From: Oribacterium sinus
Lineage (GTDB): Bacteria; Bacillota; Clostridia; Lachnospirales; Lachnospiraceae
Assembly: GCF_963537195.1 (NCBI RefSeq)
Contig: NZ_CAUTEG010000003.1
Span: 1,890 to 65,889, forward strand
Direction: 5' to 3'
DNA: 64,000 bases
The notes beneath the pieces were generated by a model. The model did no database searches. It saw only the letters and a program-made list of their open reading frames with translations, and was not told the DNA's origin. Position numbers and translations under genes: made by a program. Positions 33,624 to 42,961 of this stretch are shown here, one piece after another. Within the stretch, counting starts at the first letter, position 1. Every line of letters begins with the position of its first letter.

Positions 33624-35248
33624 TTTCTTTTTTTTTTGCTTTGCTCTGCCTTAGCCTTTTCAGCCACCTCCTTCTTTTTCTTCTCCTCTTTTTCCTTTTT
33701 CTTTTCTTCTTTTTTGATAAAAGCGGATTCTTTATCAATCTTTCCCAGAGAAATCATAAAGTCGGAACGTTTTTCCAGTTCTTTTTTTACATGCTTTAAT
33801 CCGTATTCTTCTATAAGGGTTGGGGTTGTGGAAAATAAATTTCTGCCCAGTCCCAGCTTATCTCCCGGAATTTCTACCCCCATGGCTGCCAAAGTGGTGG
33901 GGAAGTCGTCAAAGGTACTGTATTCCCGATATTTCTTTTCTTCCACGGTGGGAACGGCATTGAGATAGGTGGTGAAAACCTTTCTTTGATAGCTTTTTTC
34001 CACACCATTACAGAAATCGTGATCCATGGTGGGGTGATCCCCGGAAATGACTATGGTTGTATTTTCATAAAAAGGCTGCTGCTGTACCCAGTGAACAAAG
34101 TTGGATACCTGCCGGGATGTACATTGGTACACATCCGCATACTGATTTTTCGGGTGCTTTCTTTCGCAAAGTCTGCACACATAACCATCCGGAAAATGAG
34201 TATCCACTGTAAGCAAGGTCAGATTAAAGGGTTGTTCCGCCTTCCCCATATTTTCCAATTCTTCCTTCGCGTACAGAAAAAGCTTCTCATCCTCAAAGCC
34301 CCAGTTCACCCAATAGTTTCTGGGAAATTTGCCTTTTCTCTTCCAATAGGAAAAATCCTCCACGGCTACGTTTCCATGATCCTCCATGAAAAGCTCTCTT
34401 CCGCCAAAATAGCCTACAGAGCCTAAGAGGAATTTTTGATTGTAGCCTTCCTCTTCCAGAATATCGCCCAGGGCGGTTACAGAAGGGAAAAAATGCTTTT
34501 GGCTATCCATGGAATTTTGCTCAATGGAGATTTTCAAAGGAAGACCGGTGCTCTCTCCGAAAATCGCTCCCATGGTCCAGGTGGCTCCGGGAAGGGCAAT
34601 GCCCCCATTCCTTTTTTCTCCCTCTCCGGCAAAGTCCTCTCCCTCTTCGCCCAAAGCCATCAATTCGGGCAGAAGATTTTCCGGAAAATCTCCGCCGTGC
34701 TCCTTGTCCATAAAGGTAAGCTCCGTGGATTCCATGTAAATATAGATAAGATTTCTTTTCTTCTCCGGAAATTTCAAGTCCACATTTTTTGGATCCACAT
34801 AATGCTCTTCAATAAACTTGGAGGATTGAAATTGGGAGCTTAAAAAGGAACCAAGAGATATCCCGTCCCAAGCTTCTGCAATGGTCACTGCCACAAAGAA
34901 AATGCTGAAAAAACCGCATAGAGGCAGGAAGGCCTTCTTGATTTTGGGAAGGAAAATTCGTATCTTTTGCTTTTGGTAGAAAAAATAATAAAATACAGAG
35001 AGGGATAGCCATAAAAGAATGGCCGGGGCCAAGGCTGTGGTAATAAAAAGCTGTACCAGATGTCCGTTGGCTCCACCCATAGGAGCGAAAACATGAAAGA
35101 GAATCTCATCTACCGTAAGCTCTTCCCAGTTGCTGACCAAAAAAAGATAGGACAAGCGAAACAGGCAGCATAATCCCAGCAGAAATAATAAAAGATAGGG
35201 AAGGAGCACTTTCCCTATTGATTTTTTGTTGTCCTTATTTTGTTCCAT
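33443..35248 (-). CDS. LTA synthase family protein (sulfatase domain)
   Basis: N-terminal TM bundle plus a sulfatase domain (ESTELTF, GDHP). The last ~60 codons run through repeat unit D. Confidence 0.85.
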   Translation of the reverse strand: MEQNKDNKKSIGKVLLPYLLLFLLGLCCLFRLSYLFLVSNWEELTVDEILFHVFAPMGGANGHLVQLFITTALAPAILLWLSLSVFYYFFYQKQKIRIFLPKIKKAFLPLCGFFSIFFVAVTIAEAWDGISLGSFLSSQFQSSKFIEEHYVDPKNVDLKFPEKKRNLIYIYMESTELTFMDKEHGGDFPENLLPELMALGEEGEDFAGEGEKRNGGIALPGATWTMGAIFGESTGLPLKISIEQNSMDSQKHFFPSVTALGDILEEEGYNQKFLLGSVGYFGGRELFMEDHGNVAVEDFSYWKRKGKFPRNYWVNWGFEDEKLFLYAKEELENMGKAEQPFNLTLLTVDTHFPDGYVCRLCERKHPKNQYADVYQCTSRQVSNFVHWVQQQPFYENTTIVISGDHPTMDHDFCNGVEKSYQRKVFTTYLNAVPTVEEKKYREYSTFDDFPTTLAAMGVEIPGDKLGLGRNLFSTTPTLIEEYGLKHVKKELEKRSDFMISLGKIDKESAFIKKEEKKKEKEEKKKKEVAEKAKAEQSKKKRNAEEVMNGKHYPKSLSRSIACNRGTLPLTSPRRGSKLLKNKSQEPAGSDCPLLQAILLES

Positions 35249-35496
35249 GAAATATTCACCTTCTCACGCAGGAAGCAAATAATCTTCTTGCTGTATAGTA
35301 TTCTTTTGCCGATAGAATTGTTATCCGACAATATAATATTTCTCTATGCGTATAAAAGCTTTTGTCCAGAAATAAAAATACAACTTTTCCCTATTTAGCA
35401 CAAGGGTATAGCATAAAGCCGCGAATCAAAAAGAGAGTCATCGGGAAAAATTTGAATATGGGCTATAAAAAAGTCGAAAATATGGATCCATTAGAG

Positions 35497-35538
35497 AAAA
35501 TAAAAAAATAGAACGACCTCGAAAACCGAAAGTCGCTC
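35497..35538 (-). terminator. intrinsic terminator after the HD-domain gene
   Basis: Minus strand reads AGCGACTTTCG..CGAGGTCGTT followed by TATTTTTTTATTTT. Confidence 0.55.
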
Positions 35539-35573
35539 CATTTTTATAGTAAGAGAAAAATCTCCGAAAAATT

Positions 35574-36119
35574 TTATTCTTCATCTTCTCTATTCCGTAC
35601 ATAAACCGGTGCCTTCTTGGGAGAAAGATGCAAGATCTCTCTGAATCTGGCAAAGGCATCCACCGCATTTTGCCAAGACTCCTGCAGGGCTACGGTCTTG
35701 TCGGATAAAGTCAATAAATAGGCTATCTTGCTGTTGGGAATACGGGTAGAAAGAGGGAACATATGGGTTAAAATCGCTCTCTTCTCTGTCTCCGTTAAAG
35801 CAAAATTCTGTGCTTCGGAGTTCTCCACCGCATCCTCCGGATGATAAAAGCAGTACCAACGTCCGTTATGGGTGGTACCGTCATCCTTATGATAGTCAAT
35901 CATACAAAAATCATGAAGGAAACCGATTCTGGCAGCGCTGTCTGCATCCATGCCCCAGCTTTTTGCCAAATGATACGCCATATAAGCTACTCGAACACTA
36001 TGGTCGAAGGTATTTGTACTTCCATGCCGAGGCACCGCCTTTAACTTACAATATTCCTTATTTTCCGTAATTTCTTTAAACTGCTGAATAAATTCAAGCT
36101 GTTCTTTCTTTAAATCCAT
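35574..36119 (-). CDS. HD domain-containing phosphohydrolase
   Basis: H...HD...D pattern (FDHSVRVAYMAYH, FLHDF). Confidence 0.8.
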   Translation of the reverse strand: MDLKKEQLEFIQQFKEITENKEYCKLKAVPRHGSTNTFDHSVRVAYMAYHLAKSWGMDADSAARIGFLHDFCMIDYHKDDGTTHNGRWYCFYHPEDAVENSEAQNFALTETEKRAILTHMFPLSTRIPNSKIAYLLTLSDKTVALQESWQNAVDAFARFREILHLSPKKAPVYVRNREDEE

Positions 36120-36541
36120 CTGTTCCCTTTCTATCTATTTAAAATTAAGAAACGTTATTACTATACTCTTTCCCCCATGCTACTGCAATACTCTTTCGAG
36201 AATTTTAAAAAAAGAGTAGGAAATCTACACCCCATATTTCGGCGCGGAAGCGGAGATGCATAAGGCTTCTCTTCTTACTCCCTTCTCTGCAAATATCATA
36301 AATGACTTTCCCTCTTTGCACCGCTTTCCACAAAAAGAATATCATTCTTCTCTTCGTCTCTCCGTTTTCTACAAATATCCATCAGGACTTTCTACAATGA
36401 AAAATAGAGAAATACAAAGTTCTCTTAGAGCTTTTCCCGTACTTATGATAAAATAGCTTTGGTCTATTTAGAAAAACTCTCCTATTTTTATAGGAAGAGT
36501 CTGGAAAAAATCACTGATTCAGGAGAAAGAGAGGGTACATT

Positions 36542-37411
36542 ATGAAGTGGAGAGAGCTCATTAAAGAACGGAGTTCCATCCGTAGCTATAAGGATAAGAA
36601 GGTAGATGAAAAGTTGCTGGAGCAGGTACGGCAGTATATGAAGGAGCTGTCTCCCCTTATTCCGGAGCAGAAGACTGAGATTCTTTTACTGGGAAAGGAA
36701 GCCGGTCCTCGTTTGGAAGGCATCGTAGGCTATATGGGAAATGCTTTTTTTGCCCCTAACTATATCTTACTTTTAGGAGAGGACAGCGAAGAAGGCTACA
36801 TCCATGTAGGCTATCTGGCTGCACAGTTGGAGTTGAAGCTTACAGAACTGAAGTTAAATACCTGCTTTTTATCGATTAACGAAGCAAAGGCGGTAAAAAC
36901 CGCTTTAAATATTAGTTCTCCCCTTACGGTTACCACCTGCATTAGCTTTGGACACGGTAATCCGGAGAAGGACAGCAATCGTATCGATATTAAGTCCAGA
37001 TCCGATGTACGCATGGAGAAAATCAAAGGACATATTGCACCTAAGATAGCCATGGTTGAACTGGTTTCCCAGTCTGTTTTCGGACAGAGCTGTGATTTTG
37101 CCGAGGATGCCATGGATCCGAACTGGGAAAAGGCCTTTTATGCCTCAAGTCTTGCACCGGCTGCATTGAATCGCCAGACCTATCGTTTCTTAATAGAGGA
37201 CAATATGCTCTATCTTCTGGATCGGGAGGTTAAGCATATCACCAGGGAAGATCGGTATTTAAATGACGGTATCGTTATGTTTTACTTCCATACCGTTCTT
37301 ACCGCCCACTTCCATAAGCCGGATAGCTGGACCGTAGGCACCGTAGAGAAGAAGCCTGAGTGGAAGGTTCCGGAGGAATATTTCGTAGTGGGAACATACC
37401 GCTTGTTCTAA
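36542..37411 (+). CDS. nitroreductase family protein
   Basis: RSSIRSYKDKKVDEKLL N-terminal signature. 289 aa. Confidence 0.72.
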   Translation: MKWRELIKERSSIRSYKDKKVDEKLLEQVRQYMKELSPLIPEQKTEILLLGKEAGPRLEGIVGYMGNAFFAPNYILLLGEDSEEGYIHVGYLAAQLELKLTELKLNTCFLSINEAKAVKTALNISSPLTVTTCISFGHGNPEKDSNRIDIKSRSDVRMEKIKGHIAPKIAMVELVSQSVFGQSCDFAEDAMDPNWEKAFYASSLAPAALNRQTYRFLIEDNMLYLLDREVKHITREDRYLNDGIVMFYFHTVLTAHFHKPDSWTVGTVEKKPEWKVPEEYFVVGTYRLF

Positions 37412-37440
37412 ATCGCTCAGACTTGAAAGCGCTGCACTTC

Positions 37441-37615
37441 GCTTGCGCTGGAGTTACGAATCGCAACTCAACTTTGCTTGCACTGGAGTTATAAGTCACA
37501 ACTTAATTTTGCTTGCACTGGAGTTATAAGTCACAACTTAATTTTGCTTGCACTGAAGTTATAAGTCACAACTTAACTTTGCTTGCACTAATTATGAGTC
37601 GCGGCTTAACTTCTC
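37441..37615. repeat. five tandem 35-bp repeats (GCTTGCACTGGAGTTATAAGTCACAACTTAATTTT)
   Basis: Units start at 37441, 37476, 37511, 37546 and 37581. The first and last units are diverged. Confidence 0.9.
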
Positions 37616-37694
37616 TTTTTCTATAGTCCTTTCTCTAAAAAGCTTTTATAATAGAGCTATCTGTATATATGTCTTTAATAGAAAGGAAGCTCCT

Positions 37695-38414
37695 ATGGAA
37701 AAAGAGATTCAGATTGTTCGGGAAAATATTCGTAAGGCATGTGAAAGGTCCGGAAGAAAGCCGGAGGAGGTACTGCTCATAGGGGTTTCCAAAACAAAAC
37801 CCTACGCTGCTGTGCAGGAAGCCTATAGCTATGGTATTCGGGACTTTGGAGAGAACAAGGTACAGGAAATTCGGGATAAGTTTGCTCTCTTGCAGGAGGA
37901 CGCCCTTTTACAAAAGGAAGCTCCTTCTTTTCATATGATTGGTTCTCTCCAAAAGAACAAGGTAAAATATCTTCCCGGGAAGGTAAAGATGATTCATTCT
38001 ATTGACTCCCTTCCTTTGGCTTTAGAGGTGGAAAAGGAATACGCCAAGAAAGAGGAAATTGCCTCCGTTTTATTGGAAGTCAATGTGGCCAGGGAGGAAA
38101 GTAAGTCCGGCTTCTTTTTAGAAGAGGTGGAGCAGGCTTTGGAGGAATGTAAATCCCTCCCCCATGTCAAGCTCTGCGGTTTGATGACCGTTGCTCCCTT
38201 TACGGCGAATCCGGAGGAGAACCGGGTTCATTTTCGGGCATTAAAAAATCTCTTAACAAATATGCAAAAAAAATTCCCCGCCCTTCCCCTTAAGGAACTT
38301 TCCATGGGGATGAGCGGAGATTATGAAGTAGCCGTCGAAGAAGGGGCTACCATGGTTCGTGTCGGCTCCTTTATTTTTGGGGCACGGGACTATGGAAACG
38401 CCCATAAGTCCTAA
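37695..38414 (+). CDS. yggS: YggS-family pyridoxal phosphate homeostasis protein
   Basis: VSKTKP (PLP lysine), GENKVQE, and HMIGSLQKNKVKY. Confidence 0.92.
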   Translation: MEKEIQIVRENIRKACERSGRKPEEVLLIGVSKTKPYAAVQEAYSYGIRDFGENKVQEIRDKFALLQEDALLQKEAPSFHMIGSLQKNKVKYLPGKVKMIHSIDSLPLALEVEKEYAKKEEIASVLLEVNVAREESKSGFFLEEVEQALEECKSLPHVKLCGLMTVAPFTANPEENRVHFRALKNLLTNMQKKFPALPLKELSMGMSGDYEVAVEEGATMVRVGSFIFGARDYGNAHKS

Positions 38415-39882
38415 GCAAGTCCGAAATCACAGCCTTCTTTTCTTCGTTAAAAGCATTTTCCGGAAGACGCCACTGCCAGTTTCCTTCCGCAGTTCCCGGC
38501 GCATTGATTCTTCCCTCTGCTCCGCATTCCAGATAATCTCCTGCAGGAATTATGCATAAATAGGAAATGCTGGAAAGGGCAGTCTTAATCAAAAGCTCTG
38601 TCATTGCATTCCAGTCATTTTGGGAGCGGGAAAGGTAATGGTATACATTGCTCCTCTCCCAATCTGACAGGGTTTCAAACCAGTTTCTCAAGGTATCGTT
38701 ATCATGAGTTCCGGTATAATACACGGAATTACTATCCTTTAACATATGGGGCAGGTAGACATTTTCAAAGTCGGAAAATGCAAACTGCAAAATCTTCATG
38801 CCGGGAAAACCGGTTTTTGCAATCAGCTCTTCCACTTCCTTGGTGATTACTCCCAGGTCTTCTGCAATAATCGGCAGTTCTTCCTTCTGAAAATGCTTCT
38901 GAATCGCCTGAAAAAGACCAAAGCCCGGTCCTTCTCTCCACTCTCCCACCATGGCGGTTTCCGCACCATACTCTACCGCATAATAGGACTCGAAGCCACG
39001 GAAATGATCTACTCGCAGCAGGTCAAATTGATTCAAGCAATATTCCATCCGCTTACACCACCAGGCGTAGCCTTCCGCCTTGTGCTTCTCCCAGTCGTAC
39101 AAAGGATTTCCCCAGAGCTGTCCGGTCTCGGAAAAGGCATCGGGTGGAACACCTGCCACGGAAGAGGGGTATCCGGTTTCATCAAACTGGAACAAAGCTC
39201 GATTTCCCCAGGCATCCGCACTGTCCATGGCGCAGTAAATGGGAATATCTCCAAAAATCAAGACATCCTTCTCATGGGCATAGGCTAAAAGAGCCTGCCA
39301 CTGCCTGTCATACTGCATTTGCAAAAAGGCATAATAGCCTACCTCCTGCTTATGCTCCTCCAAAAACTTCTCTATAGTGGCCTGATCCTTATCCCGATAG
39401 GGCTTTTCAAAGGAAAGCCAGGGGATACCGTTGAAAAAGTCCTTTAAGGCCATAAAAAGGCAGTAATCAAAATTTTCCTTAGTTCTTCCCGCCAAAAGCT
39501 CAGAAAGATTTCCCCCCTTGGAAAGCCAGTTTTCATAGGCCTTTCGGAGGATTTTGTGCTTTAGCTCATATAATAATCCATAGGAAATCTTCTCTTTGGA
39601 TTCCTTAAAGCGTTCCTTTTCCAGATCCGCCTCTTCCAACAGACCTTCCTCTTTCAGCATTTCCAAATCAATAAAGTACGGATTTCCCGCAAAGGCGGAA
39701 AAGGACTGGTAGGGGGAGTCCCCGTAACCTGTAGGCCCCATGGGAAGAATCTGCCAAACCCGGTTTCCCGTCTCCGCCAAAAAGTCTACAAATGCTCTGG
39801 CTTCCTTTCCCATGGTTCCGATTCCCTCTTCTCCCGATAAGGAAAATAAGGGAAGTAATACCCCTGCTTCTCTGTTTTTCAT
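38371..39882 (-). CDS. malQ: 4-alpha-glucanotransferase
   Basis: GH77 signatures (GDSPYQS, RVDHFRGF, IAEDLG, GTHDN). Confidence 0.93.
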   Translation of the reverse strand: MKNREAGVLLPLFSLSGEEGIGTMGKEARAFVDFLAETGNRVWQILPMGPTGYGDSPYQSFSAFAGNPYFIDLEMLKEEGLLEEADLEKERFKESKEKISYGLLYELKHKILRKAYENWLSKGGNLSELLAGRTKENFDYCLFMALKDFFNGIPWLSFEKPYRDKDQATIEKFLEEHKQEVGYYAFLQMQYDRQWQALLAYAHEKDVLIFGDIPIYCAMDSADAWGNRALFQFDETGYPSSVAGVPPDAFSETGQLWGNPLYDWEKHKAEGYAWWCKRMEYCLNQFDLLRVDHFRGFESYYAVEYGAETAMVGEWREGPGFGLFQAIQKHFQKEELPIIAEDLGVITKEVEELIAKTGFPGMKILQFAFSDFENVYLPHMLKDSNSVYYTGTHDNDTLRNWFETLSDWERSNVYHYLSRSQNDWNAMTELLIKTALSSISYLCIIPAGDYLECGAEGRINAPGTAEGNWQWRLPENAFNEEKKAVISDLLRTYGRFHSPVPQK

Positions 39883-40226
39883 TTATTTTTTCTCCTTTCA
39901 AAGGACTTAATGCTTTGCAGTAATAAATGCTCTATTTTATTTCGGCGTTATTATACAGTATATATCTAAAAAAGCTGAGTTTGTTTTCTCTGCTAGTTTC
40001 CCCTGTAACAAAACAAAATTGCATTTAAATTTTTTTCACTTTACATGGAACTATGGAATCTGTCAAATAAAATGAGATTGATAGGCTTTTCTTTTTCGCC
40101 GATATACCTTTACAAGACTGCATAGGGGATTTTAAAAAGTATAAAACGGAAAAAGCTTCTCAAATCAATTTTGAGGACATAAATTTAAATGAAATCCCTC
40201 TAAAACAAAGGAGTAACACAGACAGC

Positions 40227-41150
40227 ATGGACTTAAAGAAATTAGAACATATCCTAAGAATTGCAGAGGAAAAAAATATCAGCAGGGCGGCAGAACGACT
40301 TTTTATCTCCCAGCCGGCTTTGAATTTACAGCTTTTAAATCTGGAGCGGGAGCTGGGCACAAAGCTCTTTGTCCGTAAGGGAAATGAATGTAGTGTCACG
40401 GAGGCGGGCAGAATCTATGTGGAAACCGCCCGGAAAATGATGAATATGAAGAAGGACTGCTATGCCAAGATTGCAGAGCTAAGCCAGCTTCATAACGAAG
40501 AAATCGCCATCGGAGCCTCAGGACTTCAGGGAGACTATATGATGTGCTACATTTTCCAGAAATTCCATGAATACCATCCCAATGTAAAATTACAATTTAC
40601 CTCTATGAAGGGCTTAAAAGCACAGGAATTGGTGAAAAACGGCACCATTGATTTAGGCATTGTCCTCATGGGAGACAAGCAAAGCTATCGTATGGAATAT
40701 AAGCTGTTGGGAAAAGTCGAACTGCTTTTAGCCATTGCCAAAAATCATCCTTTGTTAGAGGTTTTGGAAGAAGAGGGCGAAATTACTGAAATTGATTTGG
40801 CTAAGCTTTCCGAGCTTCCCTTTGTGCTGGCACCCAAGGATTCTACAGAACGATCCGTTGCGGAAATGGCCTTCGAAGATGCAGGCATTGACCCCTATGT
40901 GCCTATGGATGTGGAAGGAATCCATTACCAGATGGCTCTGGTGGAATCTTCGGATTACTGCTCCTTTATCAGCAGTAATAACCGCGCCCATGTGCCGGAC
41001 AGTATCCGCCTGATTCCCTGTAAGACACATCCGAAAATGAATGCGGTGGCAGTATATCGGAAAGATAAGCCCTTGACGAAGGCCCTGGTGGAGCTGATTT
41101 CCCTAGCGGAGGAATATTGGGCTTCCTTCTCCGAGGAAGAGTCATTCTAA
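40227..41150 (+). CDS. LysR family transcriptional regulator
   Basis: N-terminal HTH (NISRAAERLFISQPALNLQLLNLE) plus a substrate-binding domain. Confidence 0.92.
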   Translation: MDLKKLEHILRIAEEKNISRAAERLFISQPALNLQLLNLERELGTKLFVRKGNECSVTEAGRIYVETARKMMNMKKDCYAKIAELSQLHNEEIAIGASGLQGDYMMCYIFQKFHEYHPNVKLQFTSMKGLKAQELVKNGTIDLGIVLMGDKQSYRMEYKLLGKVELLLAIAKNHPLLEVLEEEGEITEIDLAKLSELPFVLAPKDSTERSVAEMAFEDAGIDPYVPMDVEGIHYQMALVESSDYCSFISSNNRAHVPDSIRLIPCKTHPKMNAVAVYRKDKPLTKALVELISLAEEYWASFSEEESF

Positions 41151-41876
41151 CTATCGCTCTACCCTTCCTGCTATGGAAAGAATATGCACTTCCTCCGCTC
41201 CGGCTTCTAGGAGCTTTCTGCTACAGGCCTCCATGGTGGCTCCTGTGGTAAAGATATCGTCCACCAAAAGCACCCGTTTTAGGTCGAAGGGTAATGCTTC
41301 ACAGTGAATGGCTTCCAAGAGATTTAATAAACGTTCCTCCGGGCTACAGTCCTTTAAGGCTTTGGTTTTCTTTACTCTCTGCAAATACTCTGAAGCCAGA
41401 GGGATGCCGCAGACCTTTGCCAGACTTTCTCCAATGACCTCTGCCTGGTTATAGCCTCTTTCCCTTCTTCTGTTGGGATGAACCGGCACAGGAATAATAG
41501 CCTGAATTCCCAATTCTTTTATCTTTGCCCCAAAAACCTCTCCTGCCTTTTTGCCAAAAAAGATGCCCTTATCCCTTCTGCCCTTATACTTTAGAAGCAC
41601 TAAAGCATCCTCCACTTCCTCCGTCAGCTCATACAGCATCATACCGGTAGAAAAGGAAAAGCCGTGTCTTTTACAGTTTCCGCAGTACTCCTCCGTTTCC
41701 AATAAAATTCCCCTGCCACATTTTTTACAGATTGGCTCCTCCATGATTTTCTCGTAAGCCTTGCAGGCAGGGCAGATTTCTTCTTTTCCGCTTTCCGTAA
41801 GCTCATCACAAAGGATGCAGCGAGGAGGAAAGAGGGCATTGATGATGGCTTCTTTCCAGTCTTCCTTTTTTCTCAT
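41151..41876 (-). CDS. comFC: ComF family protein (PRTase domain, zinc-finger N-terminus)
   Basis: CxxC pairs at the N-terminus. VLLVDDIFTTGAT is a PRPP-binding loop. Confidence 0.85.
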   Translation of the reverse strand: MRKKEDWKEAIINALFPPRCILCDELTESGKEEICPACKAYEKIMEEPICKKCGRGILLETEEYCGNCKRHGFSFSTGMMLYELTEEVEDALVLLKYKGRRDKGIFFGKKAGEVFGAKIKELGIQAIIPVPVHPNRRRERGYNQAEVIGESLAKVCGIPLASEYLQRVKKTKALKDCSPEERLLNLLEAIHCEALPFDLKRVLLVDDIFTTGATMEACSRKLLEAGAEEVHILSIAGRVER

Positions 41877-41982
41877 ATTTCCTCCTATCCTCTATCTTCT
41901 GAACTAATAACAATCCTCTCTGACTTATTCCTATACTTTCGGACTGATGCCAATACATTCATCTTAAATACATGCAAATTGC

Positions 41983-42885
41983 TTATTTTTTATAAAATTC
42001 ATAAGAGAAAAGATAGATATACTCATTATCGGAGAAGGCATCGGTTTTTCCTAAGAGCAATTCATGAAGATTCTGAATCTTTATCTCATCCTTATCATAT
42101 ACCCATGCCAGCAATACGTCTTCCATATCATAAAGGATTTCCGGTTTTCCCTCTATTCGAATTTGTGATCTGATATAGTATTCTCTTCCCTCTACTCCTT
42201 CCATAAGAGGCAAGTTTATAGAGGCCTTAGCTTCCGCATCTGTCCAAACCACAAGCTTTATTACTGCATGGTCATAATCCGGAACGATGATAATGCCTCC
42301 ATTTTTCGGGGAATCCATACCCTCAAAGCCAATCTCTACAGGTTCTTTCCTTAACAGTTTTCCCTTATGATATTCTGAATAATAAATCTTGATTCCGGCA
42401 TACCGATCCGTTGTCGTAAATTTAAAAGCATCTGCCCCGTCCGGCCCGGCAATCAGATTCACCGTCTGCATTTCTACACTATTCTCGGCCATCGGTGTAA
42501 TAAAGTTCATCGGTCTGTAGCCACGATATAGGGAAGTAGCAATTACCGCAGTCGTAACGATGGAAAGAATCAGCAATGCACAAATGATATACTTCAAGCT
42601 TTTTTGTTTGCGCTTACTGTCTGTAACAACACTGATGATATTTTCTTCCGACTTCTTTTCGATATTCTCATGGACAATATCTTCGCCGGCTAAAAACTCG
42701 TTAATACTAATGCCTAAAAGGGAACAAAGGTCAAAATAAAGCGATACATCCGGAAGGCAAATGCCTCGCTCCCACTTGGAAACAGACTTATCGCTCATGC
42801 CTATTTTCTCGGCAAGCTGCTTTTGGGTCAGCCCCAAATTCTTTCTTTTTCCCGCAATATACTTTCCGATTTTAACAAGATCCAT
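41983..42885 (-). CDS. membrane-anchored XRE-family HTH protein
   Basis: HTH_3 (LTQKQLAEKIGMSDKSVSKWERG), one TM segment, and an extracytoplasmic domain. Start refined to MDLVKIG. Confidence 0.8.
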   Translation of the reverse strand: MDLVKIGKYIAGKRKNLGLTQKQLAEKIGMSDKSVSKWERGICLPDVSLYFDLCSLLGISINEFLAGEDIVHENIEKKSEENIISVVTDSKRKQKSLKYIICALLILSIVTTAVIATSLYRGYRPMNFITPMAENSVEMQTVNLIAGPDGADAFKFTTTDRYAGIKIYYSEYHKGKLLRKEPVEIGFEGMDSPKNGGIIIVPDYDHAVIKLVVWTDAEAKASINLPLMEGVEGREYYIRSQIRIEGKPEILYDMEDVLLAWVYDKDEIKIQNLHELLLGKTDAFSDNEYIYLFSYEFYKK

Positions 42886-42961
42886 ACAGTCCCCCTTTCC
42901 TATGATGTGATAGTATCCCATAGGTAAGAGAAATCACAGCTCTTAAAAGTAGAATTTCCTC

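Noticed and set aside
36256-36456. 66-aa plus-strand ORF in the HD / nitroreductase intergenic region
   Set aside because: It has no RBS and a proline/serine-rich odd composition, and it overlaps the direct repeat. It is likely non-coding.
37441-37615. Possible CRISPR array
   Set aside because: The 35-bp units are contiguous with no spacers between them, and no cas genes are nearby. This is a plain tandem repeat.
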